Below are positions 52,104-61,946 of a DNA stretch of 64,000 nucleotides, one piece after another; the first letter of the stretch is position 1; each line of letters starts with the position of its first letter. This DNA is from Vicinamibacterales bacterium (lineage in GTDB: Bacteria > Acidobacteriota > Vicinamibacteria > Vicinamibacterales > CAVVIG01), in contig JBAUGX010000220.1 in NCBI GenBank assembly GCA_049679965.1, forward strand, positions 33,583 to 97,582, given 5' to 3'. Made by a program: the position numbers and the translations under genes. The notes below the pieces were generated by a model. It saw only the letters and a list, made by a program, of their open reading frames with translations, was not told the DNA's origin and made no database searches.

Positions 52104-53402
52104 CTAGAAAGGATGGGCGCCGTGTGCGCCAATCGCAAACTGGAACTGGAACAGGAATTCATTCGCCGTCGGCCCAGCCGCATAGCTGGTCCGGCGGTAC
52201 TGGCCGCGGATCTGACTGAACTCGCTCGGCCAGTACGTCAGCGTGACTGATTGCCCTTCGTCGACCATCGACCGATCGACGGCCCGCTCGGAACGATCGA
52301 GCCGCAGACCGGCAAACCATCGGCGCGCAAACTGGTAGTCGCCCGATACATACCACCCCATGGCGCGCTCGAGCCCTGTGAACTGGTCGCGCTGGCTCCA
52401 CACAAGCTCGGAGCGTCCGACAAACGACCGGTAGATCGACCGCTGCAGCGGCCGCCACCGGAACGTCGCGTCGGCTCCATACAACGTTGTTTTGAATCGT
52501 CCTTCGTCGATCCCCGCGACAATACCCGCGTCGTTATGGCCACGAGCCACGGAGGCACCCAGGTCGATGTTGCTGTTGTCGGTGATGTCCTGGTAGCCGC
52601 GCAGGTGCGCCACGTAGCTGAGGTCGCCGCGCTCATGGGACTGAAACAGGGTGCTCGAATCGCCACGGAACACCTGACCGGTAGCTTCGAGGAACAACCA
52701 CGGATTGGGAATCAATCGCGCAACTGAGATTCCCGCGTCGCTGATGCCCTCTTCGCCGGCCACGAGGTTGCTCGTGACCAGCGGCCGATCGGTCCAGGCA
52801 AGCATGTGGTTGTGCTGGCCGTTGACCCTGCCAAACGCGGCACGCAGCTTCCCGACTTTCATCAGCAGGCCACCCGGCACGGTCGGAAAGGTGATAAACC
52901 CTTCTTCAAGCTCCACGCCTTCCTCGCCAAAGGCCATGAAGAAGTCGGCGCGCGCAAACGGGTCGACGATGGCCTGGAACGAGGCCTCGGACTCCTGCAT
53001 CTGCAGCGCCGGACCGGGATTCACGCTGTTCCGGCCCGAGGCGCCGAGAAAATTGCCGATGATGGCGATGTCTGGATTGAACACCTTCGAGCTCGCCGTC
53101 GCGGCACCGTACACCGGCAGCGAGCCGGCCGGTCCGCCGGCGCCAGCCGCGCCCGCCGGCACTTCCGCCGCTGGTGCCTGCGCGCCTGAGGGCTGGCTGC
53201 CCTGCCCCGCCTGAAGGGCGGCCAGTTGCGCCTCGAGCGCCGCCAACCGGGCATCGTGCTGCTGCTTGAGCGCATCGATGTCGCGCTTGATTTGATCGAT
53301 TTGTTGTTGAATCGCCTGCGCGTCCTGCGCCGAAGCGCGCGGCGCCGACGCGCTCAGCAACACCGCGGCGACCAACGACGCGCGAACAAGTTGCGCTCGC
53401 AT
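52104..53402 (-). CDS. Outer-membrane beta-barrel protein with an N-terminal coiled coil
   Basis: Signal peptide, then IQQQIDQIKRDIDALKQQHDARLAALEAQLAALQ, then alternating barrel-like sequence with a C-terminal F. Confidence 0.5.
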   Translation of the reverse strand: MRAQLVRASLVAAVLLSASAPRASAQDAQAIQQQIDQIKRDIDALKQQHDARLAALEAQLAALQAGQGSQPSGAQAPAAEVPAGAAGAGGPAGSLPVYGAATASSKVFNPDIAIIGNFLGASGRNSVNPGPALQMQESEASFQAIVDPFARADFFMAFGEEGVELEEGFITFPTVPGGLLMKVGKLRAAFGRVNGQHNHMLAWTDRPLVTSNLVAGEEGISDAGISVARLIPNPWLFLEATGQVFRGDSSTLFQSHERGDLSYVAHLRGYQDITDNSNIDLGASVARGHNDAGIVAGIDEGRFKTTLYGADATFRWRPLQRSIYRSFVGRSELVWSQRDQFTGLERAMGWYVSGDYQFARRWFAGLRLDRSERAVDRSMVDEGQSVTLTYWPSEFSQIRGQYRRTSYAAGPTANEFLFQFQFAIGAHGAHPF

Positions 53403-53440
53403 CCTTCCCTCCTAAACCCAACGGACAAAACTTCCGGCGA

Positions 53441-53454
53441 CGGGCGGCCGCCCG
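53441..53454. other. 14-bp perfect palindrome CGGGCGGCCGCCCG between the small Cys/His protein gene and the OM barrel gene
   Basis: Read directly in the 79-bp intergenic gap. Confidence 0.5.
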
Positions 53455-53481
53455 CCGCGAGTCAACGAAGAAGGTCTGGCG

Positions 53482-53775
53482 TCAGACAGGAGGTGAACGA
53501 CCAGTGGACCGGACCGGCAGGAGGGCATCGTCAGCGAGGACGTGAACGGCCACCGCGCGGCCGGCGTCAGCGAGGCTCCAGGCGCCGACAATCTGCGGGC
53601 CCTGCGGATCCGAACCGGGCAGGTTCGACGTGCAGGCCGTGCAGTGAAGCGGGTTCTTGAGATGGCAGGCGAGATCGTGATGCTCGAGGGGCGCCAACAT
53701 CACGAAGATGGCGTAGAGCGCGACGCCCATGAAGGCCAGGGGTCTCGAGCTCCAATCGCGCACTCTGCCACTCAT
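53482..53775 (-). CDS. Small membrane-anchored Cys/His-rich protein
   Basis: One N-terminal helix, then LEHHDLACHLKNPLHCTAC. It is the first gene of the metal-uptake cluster. Confidence 0.4.
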   Translation of the reverse strand: MSGRVRDWSSRPLAFMGVALYAIFVMLAPLEHHDLACHLKNPLHCTACTSNLPGSDPQGPQIVGAWSLADAGRAVAVHVLADDALLPVRSTGRSPPV

Positions 53776-53875
53776 GGACCTTCGATGATACGCTCGCCGG
53801 GCCGACTCTCACAAGCCCACGTTCGGGCATCGCTTGTCGGCAGGCCCGCTTTGATGGTCTACTTGGGTCACCGAA

Positions 53876-55309
53876 ATGGCCGACACACTCTTTCACAAAG
53901 TCTGGAACGCGCACGCCATCCGCACGCTGCCCAGCGGACAAACGCAGCTCTTCGTGGGCCTGCACCTCATCCACGAAGTCACGAGCCCGCAGGCGTTCGA
54001 CATGCTGCGGCAGCACGGCTGGACAGTCGCCTACCCCACCCGCACGTTTGCCACGGTCGATCACATCGTCCCCACCAACCGGCAGGGACGCCCGTTTCTC
54101 GATCTGATGGCCGAGGAGATGACGGGAACGCTCGAGCGAAACTGCCGCGAGTTCGGGATTTCCCTCTGGACACCCGACAACGAGAATCAGGGGATCGTGC
54201 ACGTCATCGGCCCGGAGCTGGGCCTCACACAGCCCGGCCTGACGATCGCGTGCGGAGACAGCCACACGTCCACGCACGGCGCGCTCGGCGCGATCGCGCT
54301 CGGCATCGGCACTTCGCAGGTCCGCGACGTGCTCGCCAGCCAGTCGCTCGCCCTGGAACCGCTCAAGGTTCGCCGGATCGACGTCAACGGCTCTCTGGGG
54401 AGCGGCGTGTACGCGAAGGACGTCATCCTGACGATCATCCGCCGCCTTGGCGTCAACGGCGGCGTTGGATTCGCCTACGAGTACGGCGGCACGGCCCTCG
54501 ACAGGATGACGATCGAGGAGCGCATGACCATCTGCAACATGTCGATCGAGGGCGGCGCGCGCGTCGGCTACGTGAATCCGGACGAGACGACGTTCAAGTT
54601 TCTGCGCGGGCGGCCGTTCGCACCGTCGGGCGCCGCCTTCGACCGCGCGGTCGCGTGGTGGCGGACGCTGGCGTCGGACCCGAACGCGTCGTACGACGAT
54701 CGCGTGACGCTCGACGCCGGGTCCATCGAGCCGACGGTCACGTGGGGTATCAATCCGGGGCAGTCGGTTGGCATCTCGGAGCCGATCGTCGCCGATCCCA
54801 CAGACGAGGCGCTCGCGTTCATGGGCTTCACGCCGGGAGCGCACGTCAAGGGCACGCGCATCGATGTCGCCTTCATCGGATCGTGCACCAACGGCCGGCT
54901 GTCCGACCTCGAAGAGGCGGCACGGCTGGTCAAAGGACACCACGTCGCCTCCCACGTCACGGCGCTCGTCGTGCCCGGCTCGCGCCACGTGCGACAGGCG
55001 GCAGAGGCCAAGGGCCTGCACCAGGTGTTCATCGACGCCGGCTTCGAGTGGCGCGGCGCGGGTTGCTCGATGTGCCTCGGCATGAACACCGACAGGCTCG
55101 AGGGACGCCAGGTCTGCGCATCTTCGTCGAACCGCAACTTCAAGGGACGCCAGGGGAGCCCGACGGGGCGCACGCTGCTGATGAGCCCGGCCATGGTGGC
55201 CGCCGCGGCGGTGTCAGGCGAAGTGGTCGACGTCAGAACGTTTGAAGCCCAGGACCGAGCACTTGAATCCACACGTGGGGTCCGCCTTCAGGCGGACCAA
55301 TCCGGCTGA
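53876..55309 (+). CDS. leuC: 3-isopropylmalate dehydratase large subunit (C-terminus extended through a REP-like element)
   Basis: Canonical aconitase-family LeuC with cluster cysteines ([15 protein letters not shown]). The last ~20 codons lie within REP copies 4 and 5. Confidence 0.9.
   Translation: MADTLFHKVWNAHAIRTLPSGQTQLFVGLHLIHEVTSPQAFDMLRQHGWTVAYPTRTFATVDHIVPTNRQGRPFLDLMAEEMTGTLERNCREFGISLWTPDNENQGIVHVIGPELGLTQPGLTIACGDSHTSTHGALGAIALGIGTSQVRDVLASQSLALEPLKVRRIDVNGSLGSGVYAKDVILTIIRRLGVNGGVGFAYEYGGTALDRMTIEERMTICNMSIEGGARVGYVNPDETTFKFLRGRPFAPSGAAFDRAVAWWRTLASDPNASYDDRVTLDAGSIEPTVTWGINPGQSVGISEPIVADPTDEALAFMGFTPGAHVKGTRIDVAFIGSCTNGRLSDLEEAARLVKGHHVASHVTALVVPGSRHVRQAAEAKGLHQVFIDAGFEWRGAGCSMCLGMNTDRLEGRQVCASSSNRNFKGRQGSPTGRTLLMSPAMVAAAAVSGEVVDVRTFEAQDRALESTRGVRLQADQSG
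55272..55298 (-). repeat. REP-like hairpin element, copy 4 (compensatory stem variant)
   Basis: The reverse complement is GGTCCGCCTGAAGGCGGACCCCACGTG. Its stem GTCCGCC/GGCGGAC differs from GTCCGGC/GCCGGAC of copy 1 by a paired G-C to C-G swap. Confidence 0.7.
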
Positions 55310-55325
55310 AGCCGGATCCCACTGG
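55299..55325 (+). repeat. REP-like hairpin element, copy 5
   Basis: AATCCGGCTGAAGCCGGATCCCACTGG is nearly identical to copy 2 over its first 24 nt. Confidence 0.7.
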
Positions 55326-55345
55326 TTGCGAACACCGGTGACAAC

Positions 55346-55954
55346 ATGACCGCTACACAGGTACAGGCAGGTCCCGTCCTCAAGATCTCCGGCCGCGGCC
55401 TGCCGCTGCGCGGCAACGACATCGACACCGACCGCATCATGCCGGCGCGCTTCCTGCGCGTCGTCTCCTTCAGCGGCCTGGAGCAGCATCTCTTCGAAGA
55501 CGATCGCGCCACCGATCCCCGCCACCCGTTCAGCAACCCGCGCTATACGGGCGCGACGGTGCTCGTCGTCAACGCCAACTTCGGATCCGGGTCGTCGCGC
55601 GAGCATGCGCCGCAGGGCCTGCTTCGGGCTGGGATTCGGGCGATTGTCGGGGAATCGTTTGCCGAGATCTTCCAGGGCAACTCCGCCATCCTCGGCATAC
55701 CCTGCTTTGCCGCAGGCCACGACGAGGTCGGCCGGCTGCAGACGCTCGTCGAACAGACGCCCGACGCGATCATCGAGGCCGACGTTCGCTCGGGTGTCGT
55801 CACGGCCGGCTCGCTGCGCATCGCGGCGAGCATTCCGCCGGCCCTCTGCGAGGCGTTTGTGAGCGGCCAATGGAATCCGACGGCGATGCTCCTCCACCAG
55901 TACGACGAGGTCCGGCGCATCGCCGACCGGCTGCCGTACGTCAAAGGCTTCTGA
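55346..55954 (+). CDS. leuD: 3-isopropylmalate dehydratase small subunit
   Basis: The NFGSGSSREHAP motif. Follows leuC. Confidence 0.9.
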   Translation: MTATQVQAGPVLKISGRGLPLRGNDIDTDRIMPARFLRVVSFSGLEQHLFEDDRATDPRHPFSNPRYTGATVLVVNANFGSGSSREHAPQGLLRAGIRAIVGESFAEIFQGNSAILGIPCFAAGHDEVGRLQTLVEQTPDAIIEADVRSGVVTAGSLRIAASIPPALCEAFVSGQWNPTAMLLHQYDEVRRIADRLPYVKGF

Positions 55955-55956
55955 AA

Positions 55957-56844
55957 TCAGGCCATGGCCTTCGTTTTCTCCTGAGCCACCTCGAGGAACG
56001 CATCGGCGGCGTGCGATCGATGCGCCCGGCGGCAGACGAGCGTCACCTGGCGGCGGCGCGAGATCCCGGTCACGGGAATGGCGACGAGCCGCCCGCTGGC
56101 AATTTCAGTCAGCGCGCAGCGGCGCGGCAGGAGCGCCACGCCGAGCTTCATCTCCACCGCGCGCTTGATGCCGTCGAGGCTCGGCAGCGAAATCACCATC
56201 CGGAGCGCGAGGTGGCGCTCCTGGAACATCCGAAGGACACGTTCGCGCGCAGGTGACGGATCGTTGTGGGCCACCACCGGTTCACCTGCCACCTCCTCCA
56301 TCGACACTTGTTTCTGACTGGCCAGCGGATGCGTCGGCGGCACGAGCAGCGCCAGTTCGTCGCTGCCCACCGGCACTTCGAGCAGGCCTTGTTCCGAGGG
56401 GCGGAAGGTCAGCGCGCCGAAATCGAGACTGCCCTGCTGCACCTCGACGGCAATCTGCCGCGCGGGCACGCGGCGCACGTCGATCGTGATGTCCGGATAC
56501 CGCTGCCGGAACCGCCCGATGAGCGGCAGCAGCGTATGCACGGCCGCTTCGTTGGCGCCCACGAGCACGCGGCCACGGCGAAGATCGCGAAGCTCGCGCA
56601 CCGACGATTCGGTTTCTTCGGCCAACCGAACGAGCCGCTGACCGTAGTTCTGCAGCATCCGGCCGGCTTCGGTCAGCGTGCCGGTCTTTGACGACCGATC
56701 GAAGAGCTGCTCGCCGAGATCCGCCTCGAGCCGCCGCACCGCCTGGCTCACCGCGGGCTGCGTCCGATGGACCTTCGCCGCCGCGCGCGAAAAGCTGCGC
56801 TCGTGGGCCACGGCCAGGAAGATTCTGAGCGCTGCCAAATCCAT
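55957..56844 (-). CDS. LysR-family transcriptional regulator
   Basis: The N-terminal HTH is LRIFLAVAHERSFSRAAAKVHRTQPAVSQAVRRLE. Divergent from the leuA-like gene. Confidence 0.9.
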   Translation of the reverse strand: MDLAALRIFLAVAHERSFSRAAAKVHRTQPAVSQAVRRLEADLGEQLFDRSSKTGTLTEAGRMLQNYGQRLVRLAEETESSVRELRDLRRGRVLVGANEAAVHTLLPLIGRFRQRYPDITIDVRRVPARQIAVEVQQGSLDFGALTFRPSEQGLLEVPVGSDELALLVPPTHPLASQKQVSMEEVAGEPVVAHNDPSPARERVLRMFQERHLALRMVISLPSLDGIKRAVEMKLGVALLPRRCALTEIASGRLVAIPVTGISRRRQVTLVCRRAHRSHAADAFLEVAQEKTKAMA

Positions 56845-56852
56845 GGCTGGAG

Positions 56853-56884
56853 ATTATAAACTAATCTTATTGTTTGGTAATTAC
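56853..56884. promoter_or_regulatory. Divergent LysR / leuA-like control region: minus-strand TATAAT 8 nt from the LysR ATG, a T-N11-A dyad and a GTAATTAC palindrome
   Basis: Plus-strand ATTATA at 56853-56858 is TATAAT on the minus strand. TAAACTAATCTTA (56857-56869) has TAA/TTA arms. GTAATTAC lies at 56877-56884. Confidence 0.4.
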
Positions 56885-56929
56885 TATCATCTTGACTTCT
56901 AGGCCAGCTGGACGCTACAACAGTCCCGT

Positions 56930-58108
<1,179 letters not shown>

Positions 58109-58807
58109 ATGATCCCGCTGCGGGACGTCATTCCGTCCCGGACCACCCCATACATCACCTTCGCCATCATCGGTCTCAACGCCCTCGCGTGGCTGTACGA
58201 GCTGAGTCTGCCCCGCCCGCTGCTGCAGCCGTTCCTCCAGACCTACGGCCTCGTGCCGGCCGCCTTCAGCGGCTCGACGCTCGTCACGTCGATGTTCCTG
58301 CACGGCAGCGCGTCGACAGTCCTCAGCTCGATGTTTCTGCACGGCAGCTGGTCCCATGTGATCGGCAACATGTGGTACCTCTGGATCTTCGGCGACAACG
58401 TCGAGGACCGCCTCGGCCACGGCCGCTTCGTCGCCTTCTACCTGCTGTGCGGCATCGCGGCAGCCGTCGGCCAGACAGTCATGGATCCGGATTCGCTGCT
58501 GCCGATGATCGGCGCGAGCGGCGCGATCGCGGGCATCATGGGCGCGTACTTCGTGCTCTATCCCAAGTCGCGCGTACTGACACTCATCCCGCTCATCATC
58601 TTCTGGGAAATCGTCGAGCTGCCGGCCATCTTTCTCCTGGGCTTCTGGTTCGTGATGCAGTTGTTCAGCGCCGGGGCCATTGCCGTCACGGCCAGCTCGG
58701 CCAGTGGCGGCGTGGCGTTCGTGGCGCACGTCGCGGGATTTGCGATGGGCGTGATTGGCGTGTTCGCGTTCCGACAGCGCCGACGCGCGGAGCAGTACTG
58801 GACCTAG
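58109..58807 (+). CDS. Rhomboid-family intramembrane serine protease with an internal 13-aa tandem duplication
   Basis: FLHGSWSHVIGNMWYLWIFG and GASGAIAGIMGAY carry the catalytic Ser. The motif SMFLHGS occurs twice, 13 codons apart. Confidence 0.85.
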   Translation: MIPLRDVIPSRTTPYITFAIIGLNALAWLYELSLPRPLLQPFLQTYGLVPAAFSGSTLVTSMFLHGSASTVLSSMFLHGSWSHVIGNMWYLWIFGDNVEDRLGHGRFVAFYLLCGIAAAVGQTVMDPDSLLPMIGASGAIAGIMGAYFVLYPKSRVLTLIPLIIFWEIVELPAIFLLGFWFVMQLFSAGAIAVTASSASGGVAFVAHVAGFAMGVIGVFAFRQRRRAEQYWT

Positions 58808-58819
58808 GCGCCCGCAGGC

Positions 58820-61342
58820 CTATTTGACGAGACTGAGCAGCAACGTCTGCGCGCGCTCGTAGCTCGGCGCGATCTCGAGCGCCGCCAGCGTCTGCTTCTT
58901 GGCCTCGGCGGCCTTGCCGTCCTTGAAATAGCTCTCGGCCAGATCGGTGAGTGCCACGGCGCGATCCACCGGACCGAGGGCCACGACGGCGCGGAACTCG
59001 CGCGACGCCACGCTGGGCTCGTTCCGCTGCATCGCCAGCCGGCCGAGCATGCTGTGGGCGTCGGCGTCGAAGGGGTCGACCGACGCGATACGCTGATACA
59101 CTGGCCGCAATCTGGCCGGATCGGTGACACCGGCCTCTTTCAGCAGCCTGCCCAGCAGCCGCGCCGCCGCGACGTTGTCGAAGTCGACCGCCACGAGCGA
59201 GGTCAGTTCGGCGATGGCGCGGGTCCGATCGTTTTTCTCGATGGCGATCGCCGCCATCTGCGCGTGGGGACTGTCATCGCCATGCGCGATCGGCACGAGT
59301 GCCGCCGCCTTCTCGAACGCCGCCATGGCCTCGTCGGTCTGCTGCGCGCGGCGCAACGCGCTGCCGAGCGCCATCTGCACGGTGTAGCTCTCGGCACGAT
59401 CCGCTGCGTAAAGTTTGAGAGCAGGCAGGGGGAGCTGCAGGACCGTCGCATCCTCGGGGCGCGTGGCCATCGCACGCTTCAAGCCGTCGAACTTCCGGCT
59501 GACCAGCTGATCGAACCCGGGCTGCAATTCCTCGAAGCTGGTGTTGAAGACCATCTTGAGCGCGGCGTCCGTGTCGAGCCCCTGCGCGAAGCTTCTGACG
59601 AACCTCTGCAGGCCGGCGTCGCCGTACACGGCGACGAGCTGCTCGACGAGCAGCGAAGCCTGAAAGTACGCAATCGAGATCTTCTGCGGATCGGTGAACG
59701 CCGCGTTGAGGTCGCCGAGCTTGAGCGTCTCGCCCTGAGCGAGGAGCGAGGCGAACTCCATATCCTGCTGCCGCGCCCATTCCGGCTTGCCGCGGCCTTC
59801 CTCGAACACCGAGATACCCTCGCTCAGCCAGCGCGGCAGGCGCTGGTTCGACATCTGAAGCGTGATGACGTGCGCCAGCTCGTGCCAGAGGGTCGACTCC
59901 CACTGGAACGTGCCCGGCGGCTGCGCCTTGGGTGAGTCAATCGTCACCACGCGGCCGAAGCACGCGCCGAGCGCGCCGATCATCCCGGGCAGGCCGAGTG
60001 TTCTCACGGCAAAGTCGTCGTGCTTGGAGAAGATCTCGATGAGGATCGGCCCTTTGGGCGTGAATGCGTAGCGTTTGCCCAGCGTGTCGAGAGCCTGATG
60101 GGCGAGGGGCACCGCGAACTCCCGCATCAAGGGGGCTTCTGCCTTGCTCATGCGGAAGATGAGATCGCCATCGGTCACCGTCTCGAACTTGTCGAGCGTG
60201 TCCAGCATGCCGAGCAGGTTGAACGTGACCACGTCGTAAGGGTCGATCTTGAACGAGGCATCGAGCGCGGCACGGGCGCCGGGCTCGTCGCCCGTCCGCA
60301 GCAGCTGCATACCCAGCGCCGCGAGCGCCCGCGGATTCTCGGGCTCGAGGGCGAGCGCCCGCCGCGTCAGCACGACCGCCTCGTCGAAGCGGTAGCTCCG
60401 CGCGGTCATCTCGCCGGCCACACGATAGACATCGCCGCGCGTGGGCGCAATCGCCAGCGCGCGGGCAACCTCGGCGTCGAACTCCGCCTGCCGGTCTTCG
60501 ACGTAGGCCAACCCCGCCAGGATCGATCGTGCATCGAGGCTCGACGGGTTGACGGCGAGTGCCTTCTGGACGAGCTCTCGCGCTTCGTCCCGATGGTCGG
60601 CGTCAAAGGCCTGCTGGGCCAGAAACACGTAGGCGTCAACCGACGAAGGGTTGATCGCGAGCGCGCGTTGGGCCATCGCAACGGCCTGGGGCGGATTGTC
60701 GTCGGAGAGCGCACGCGCCGCACCGATGAACGCGGGCGCCCACCGCGGGTCGGCCTGGAGCACCGCCTGGAACGACCGGAGCGCCTCGGTGATGTTGTAC
60801 GTCTCAAGGAACAGTTCGCCCCACCCGGCATTAATCGCGACGTCGGTGGGGGCAGCGGCGGCCGCGGTCCGGTAGAGGGCGTTCGCGTCGCGGGACTGAC
60901 CGAGCGCGCGCAGCGCACGTGCCGCGCGCGCGAGCTCCTGGGGGTCGCTGGTCGTGTTTCCGAGCGCGGCCACGCGCAGCAGCAGCGGCCGTGCGTCGGC
61001 GCGGCCCAGCATGTCCTGCAGCAGACCCAGCTCGAGAGCCGCGTCGCTGGCTGGCGCGCGCTGCGCCACCGGCCTGAGCATCGCCTCGGCTTCCTGATAA
61101 CGGCCGCGGGCGATGGCCGCCCGCGCCTTCAGTGCCACGACGCTTGGATCATCGGCGTCCAGCGTGGCGGTGAGCGACTCAATCTGGTCGAATCGTCCTT
61201 CGATGAAGGCGCGTGTCGCGGCCTGGAGGGGCCCACCGGCTCGCGGCACCTGGGCGGTCGCCGACACGATCGGAATGCCCAGGAGCACACCGGCAATCAC
61301 GAAGGCTGGAAGGCGGCTCATCTGGCCGATGTTGCGGGTCAT
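58820..61342 (-). CDS. Secreted TPR-repeat protein with a central gluzincin (peptidase-MA-like, HExxH...E) domain
   Basis: ATG 61342 and a signal peptide ending ATAQ. WHELAHVITLQMSNQRLPRWLSEGISVFEE is flanked by long TPR-like helical repeats. Confidence 0.75.
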   Translation of the reverse strand: MTRNIGQMSRLPAFVIAGVLLGIPIVSATAQVPRAGGPLQAATRAFIEGRFDQIESLTATLDADDPSVVALKARAAIARGRYQEAEAMLRPVAQRAPASDAALELGLLQDMLGRADARPLLLRVAALGNTTSDPQELARAARALRALGQSRDANALYRTAAAAAPTDVAINAGWGELFLETYNITEALRSFQAVLQADPRWAPAFIGAARALSDDNPPQAVAMAQRALAINPSSVDAYVFLAQQAFDADHRDEARELVQKALAVNPSSLDARSILAGLAYVEDRQAEFDAEVARALAIAPTRGDVYRVAGEMTARSYRFDEAVVLTRRALALEPENPRALAALGMQLLRTGDEPGARAALDASFKIDPYDVVTFNLLGMLDTLDKFETVTDGDLIFRMSKAEAPLMREFAVPLAHQALDTLGKRYAFTPKGPILIEIFSKHDDFAVRTLGLPGMIGALGACFGRVVTIDSPKAQPPGTFQWESTLWHELAHVITLQMSNQRLPRWLSEGISVFEEGRGKPEWARQQDMEFASLLAQGETLKLGDLNAAFTDPQKISIAYFQASLLVEQLVAVYGDAGLQRFVRSFAQGLDTDAALKMVFNTSFEELQPGFDQLVSRKFDGLKRAMATRPEDATVLQLPLPALKLYAADRAESYTVQMALGSALRRAQQTDEAMAAFEKAAALVPIAHGDDSPHAQMAAIAIEKNDRTRAIAELTSLVAVDFDNVAAARLLGRLLKEAGVTDPARLRPVYQRIASVDPFDADAHSMLGRLAMQRNEPSVASREFRAVVALGPVDRAVALTDLAESYFKDGKAAEAKKQTLAALEIAPSYERAQTLLLSLVK

Positions 61343-61349
61343 CCTGCGT

Positions 61350-61355
61350 ATTATA
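61350..61355 (-). promoter_or_regulatory. Minus-strand TATAAT 7 nt upstream of the TPR-peptidase ATG (leaderless-type)
   Basis: Plus-strand ATTATA at 61350-61355. The minus strand reads GCTATAATACGCAGGATG. Confidence 0.4.
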
Positions 61356-61415
61356 GCCCGACCCTTTTCGAGAGTTCCGGCCCCTGCGGAACGAGGAATC
61401 TGTGAAAAACGTCGG

Positions 61416-61946
61416 TCAGGTGCGGGGAGGTACGACCGTCGCTTCAAGCGCACACTCCTCAATAGCAATCCGCCTGACGAGCAACCCACCGAAGCCGAGG
61501 ACGGCGAGTGCCCCAGAAAGGATCGCGCCGGTCATCCCGGCAACGCCCACCAGCTCGCCGATGACGCCGACGTAGTTGGGGTGACGCAGATACAGGTACG
61601 GGCCCGACACGACCCGACTGTCTCCCGGCACGACGATGACTCGGAAGGTCCAGCGCGGGCCGAGTGAGAGGATTGCCCACCACTTCAGCCCCTTGGCGAG
61701 CGCAAAGGCGATCGCCCCGGCGACGAAGACGGCCAGCCTCGGGGTGCCGCGCAACCAGCCCTCGCCCATCATCGCGAGGAAGCACGCCGGATACGCGATT
61801 CGCATGATCCGATAGACGTCGCCGTCTGGCTCGACGCCGCCGCGGGCGCGCTGAGCCTGTTCATTGCGCGCGGCCCGGCCTGCTTCAATCAGCATCAGGC
61901 CAAAGACCACGACCGACACGATTACCTCAGTCAATCTGGCAGTCAC
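61416..61946 (-). CDS. ICMT/PEMT-like membrane methyltransferase
   Basis: The candidate GTG 61946 overlaps the upstream gene end. The C-terminal motif is VSGPYLYLRHPNYVGVIGELVG. Confidence 0.65.
   Translation of the reverse strand: MTARLTEVIVSVVVFGLMLIEAGRAARNEQAQRARGGVEPDGDVYRIMRIAYPACFLAMMGEGWLRGTPRLAVFVAGAIAFALAKGLKWWAILSLGPRWTFRVIVVPGDSRVVSGPYLYLRHPNYVGVIGELVGVAGMTGAILSGALAVLGFGGLLVRRIAIEECALEATVVPPRT

Noticed and set aside
54739-54747. CACGTGGGG inside leuC, resembling the REP-like flank
   Set aside because: No adjacent hairpin is present. The sequence encodes the conserved LeuC peptide TVTWGINPG, so the match is coincidental.
53542-55245. Long shadow ORFs opposite or out of frame to real genes, for example 53542-55245, 53567-55021, 4169-5023, 5306-6382, 8449-9483, 12193-13170, 15664-16782, 16911-17795, 19793-20953, 26661-27758, 28620-29978, 31661-32809, 32983-34236, 34940-36349, 36350-37345, 47426-48268, 59054-59935, 60020-61405 and 62812-63744
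   Set aside because: These are typical high-GC artefacts with Arg/Ala/Gly/Pro-rich translations, and each is fully covered by a gene with clear family motifs in another frame.
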